A stretch of 64,000 nucleotides of DNA from Nitrospira sp. (GTDB lineage: Bacteria; Nitrospirota; Nitrospiria; Nitrospirales; Nitrospiraceae): the NCBI GenBank assembly GCA_047150005.1, contig AP038806.1:288001-352000 (forward strand), given 5' to 3'. The notes beneath the pieces were generated by a model that saw only the letters and a program-made list of their open reading frames with translations, did not search any database and was not told the origin of the DNA. Positions 62,995 to 64,000 of this stretch are shown one piece after another. Position numbers and translations under genes: made by a program. How positions within the stretch are numbered: the stretch's first letter is position 1; each line of letters opens with the position of its first letter.

Positions 62995-64000
62995 TCAAGG
63001 TTCTAAATTGATAAGCACGGTATCGCCTGATTTGGCGACTAGCCGACCTCTCTCAAGAAGGAACCGTTCAAACTCTTCTGATAGCTTGTATCCCCATAAG
63101 AAATCGTATTTCAAAAAAATGTTTTGCCAGTTTATCTGTTCAATTGGAGTAGTGCGCTCAACTTGCATATATCCGGTTTCTGTCGATCGAAGGTATATGG
63201 GATGCACATCTTTCCAGGCGTATATGGTCGGAACGAAGGAATTCCGATAGATGGTCGCATAATGCGCCGTAAAGAAAAAGTGCATGTCCCAAAGCCACTC
63301 TCCAGTTGGTGATGGGTCATGGACTATCATGGGATAGAGTCGGGCGCCATCCGGCAAATGGCTCATAATCTGCACCTGCTTCCGCACTTCTTGCCCAATA
63401 CGATTCCAATGGTACCAAACCTCTCCGGTTCGTAGAACACATAAGCTCAACAACCCTATCAAGACATAGCTCCCTGCTGTTTTAGAGACGTCGATACGAA
63501 CTGCGAGGAGGAGGAACACGGCTGCTGGCAGGAGAAATCGACGATCTATATAACTCGATTGAATCCCCCCATTCATGGGTGCTATGAGATAAAGAATCAA
63601 AAAAGCCCCTCCCACCATGAGGAGCTCCCAGCTGACAATTGAGGCCGCTTTCCTTCGCATACCAATGAACACCAACAACATGAAGGCGGTCCCCAAGCAA
63701 AGGTCGAAGATGAGGTTATAGCTTAGGAATGGGTATAGCAATCCCGTGAGCTTCTTTATGATTAAGGGGTGCCACCATCCCATCGGCAGCCTATAGTCAA
63801 TTCCCAAACTGTAATAGATATAGGCCACAGTGGGAGCAAGTAACGGTAGGAGACCTAAACCGTGCGCTATTCGGAACACTCGCGCCTTGATCGACTGCAA
63901 TCCTGTCAAACACAGGAGAGAGATCGCTAAGAATACAAAGGCTGAAAGGTGGGATATGTAACAGCCCATCGCAAGAGCGGAAATCACTACCAGGTTGAAA
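62995..64000 (-). CDS. polytopic membrane protein, probable GT-C-type glycosyltransferase (5' end outside the window)
   Basis: Multiple TM segments, SHLSAF, YIDRRF, soluble C-terminal domain; lower GC. Confidence 0.6.
   Translation of the reverse strand, partial: FNLVVISALAMGCYISHLSAFVFLAISLLCLTGLQSIKARVFRIAHGLGLLPLLAPTVAYIYYSLGIDYRLPMGWWHPLIIKKLTGLLYPFLSYNLIFDLCLGTAFMLLVFIGMRRKAASIVSWELLMVGGAFLILYLIAPMNGGIQSSYIDRRFLLPAAVFLLLAVRIDVSKTAGSYVLIGLLSLCVLRTGEVWYHWNRIGQEVRKQVQIMSHLPDGARLYPMIVHDPSPTGEWLWDMHFFFTAHYATIYRNSFVPTIYAWKDVHPIYLRSTETGYMQVERTTPIEQINWQNIFLKYDFLWGYKLSEEFERFLLERGRLVAKSGDTVLINLEP

Overview
A mostly GC-rich bacterial chromosomal window, most likely from a Nitrospira-like organism (inferred from gene content and the style of repeat elements). 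Most genes are on the minus strand. In order: (1) 0-6.3 kb, a metal/iron-related patch with a Cys-less peroxiredoxin-like gene behind a Fur-type box, a ZIP transporter, DUF3649, TonB and a MEMO/AmrB-like protein. (2) 6.4-8.8 kb, a small accessory hotspot: a Phd/RelE toxin-antitoxin pair between two ~220-bp REP-containing direct repeats, a truncated REP-associated tyrosine transposase, an orphan membrane gene and an IS remnant. (3) 8.8-16 kb, an uncharacterised 7-gene operon built around a GlmL/MutL-like ASKHA ATPase and four membrane proteins, with no B12 mutase; this is the best candidate for an undescribed system. (4) lepA-lepB-hldA-kdsB-pyrG-kdsA-kdsD-pgsA-plsY, bioA, a putative beta-barrel gene and an intact IS5. 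(5) A pyrR-pyrB-pyrC-carA-sppA-M48-carB-greA-DUF62 run with a PyrR attenuator followed by a MITE. (6) proA and an 11-gene type II secretion/type IV pilus-like cluster. (7) A nucleotide-sugar dehydrogenase, a frameshifted surface protein with nine near-identical 306-bp BACON-type repeats, a secreted ConA/lyase-like protein and the start of a lower-GC surface-polysaccharide region. No rRNA, tRNA or CRISPR array was seen. All family assignments come from motif recognition by eye; no database searches were run.
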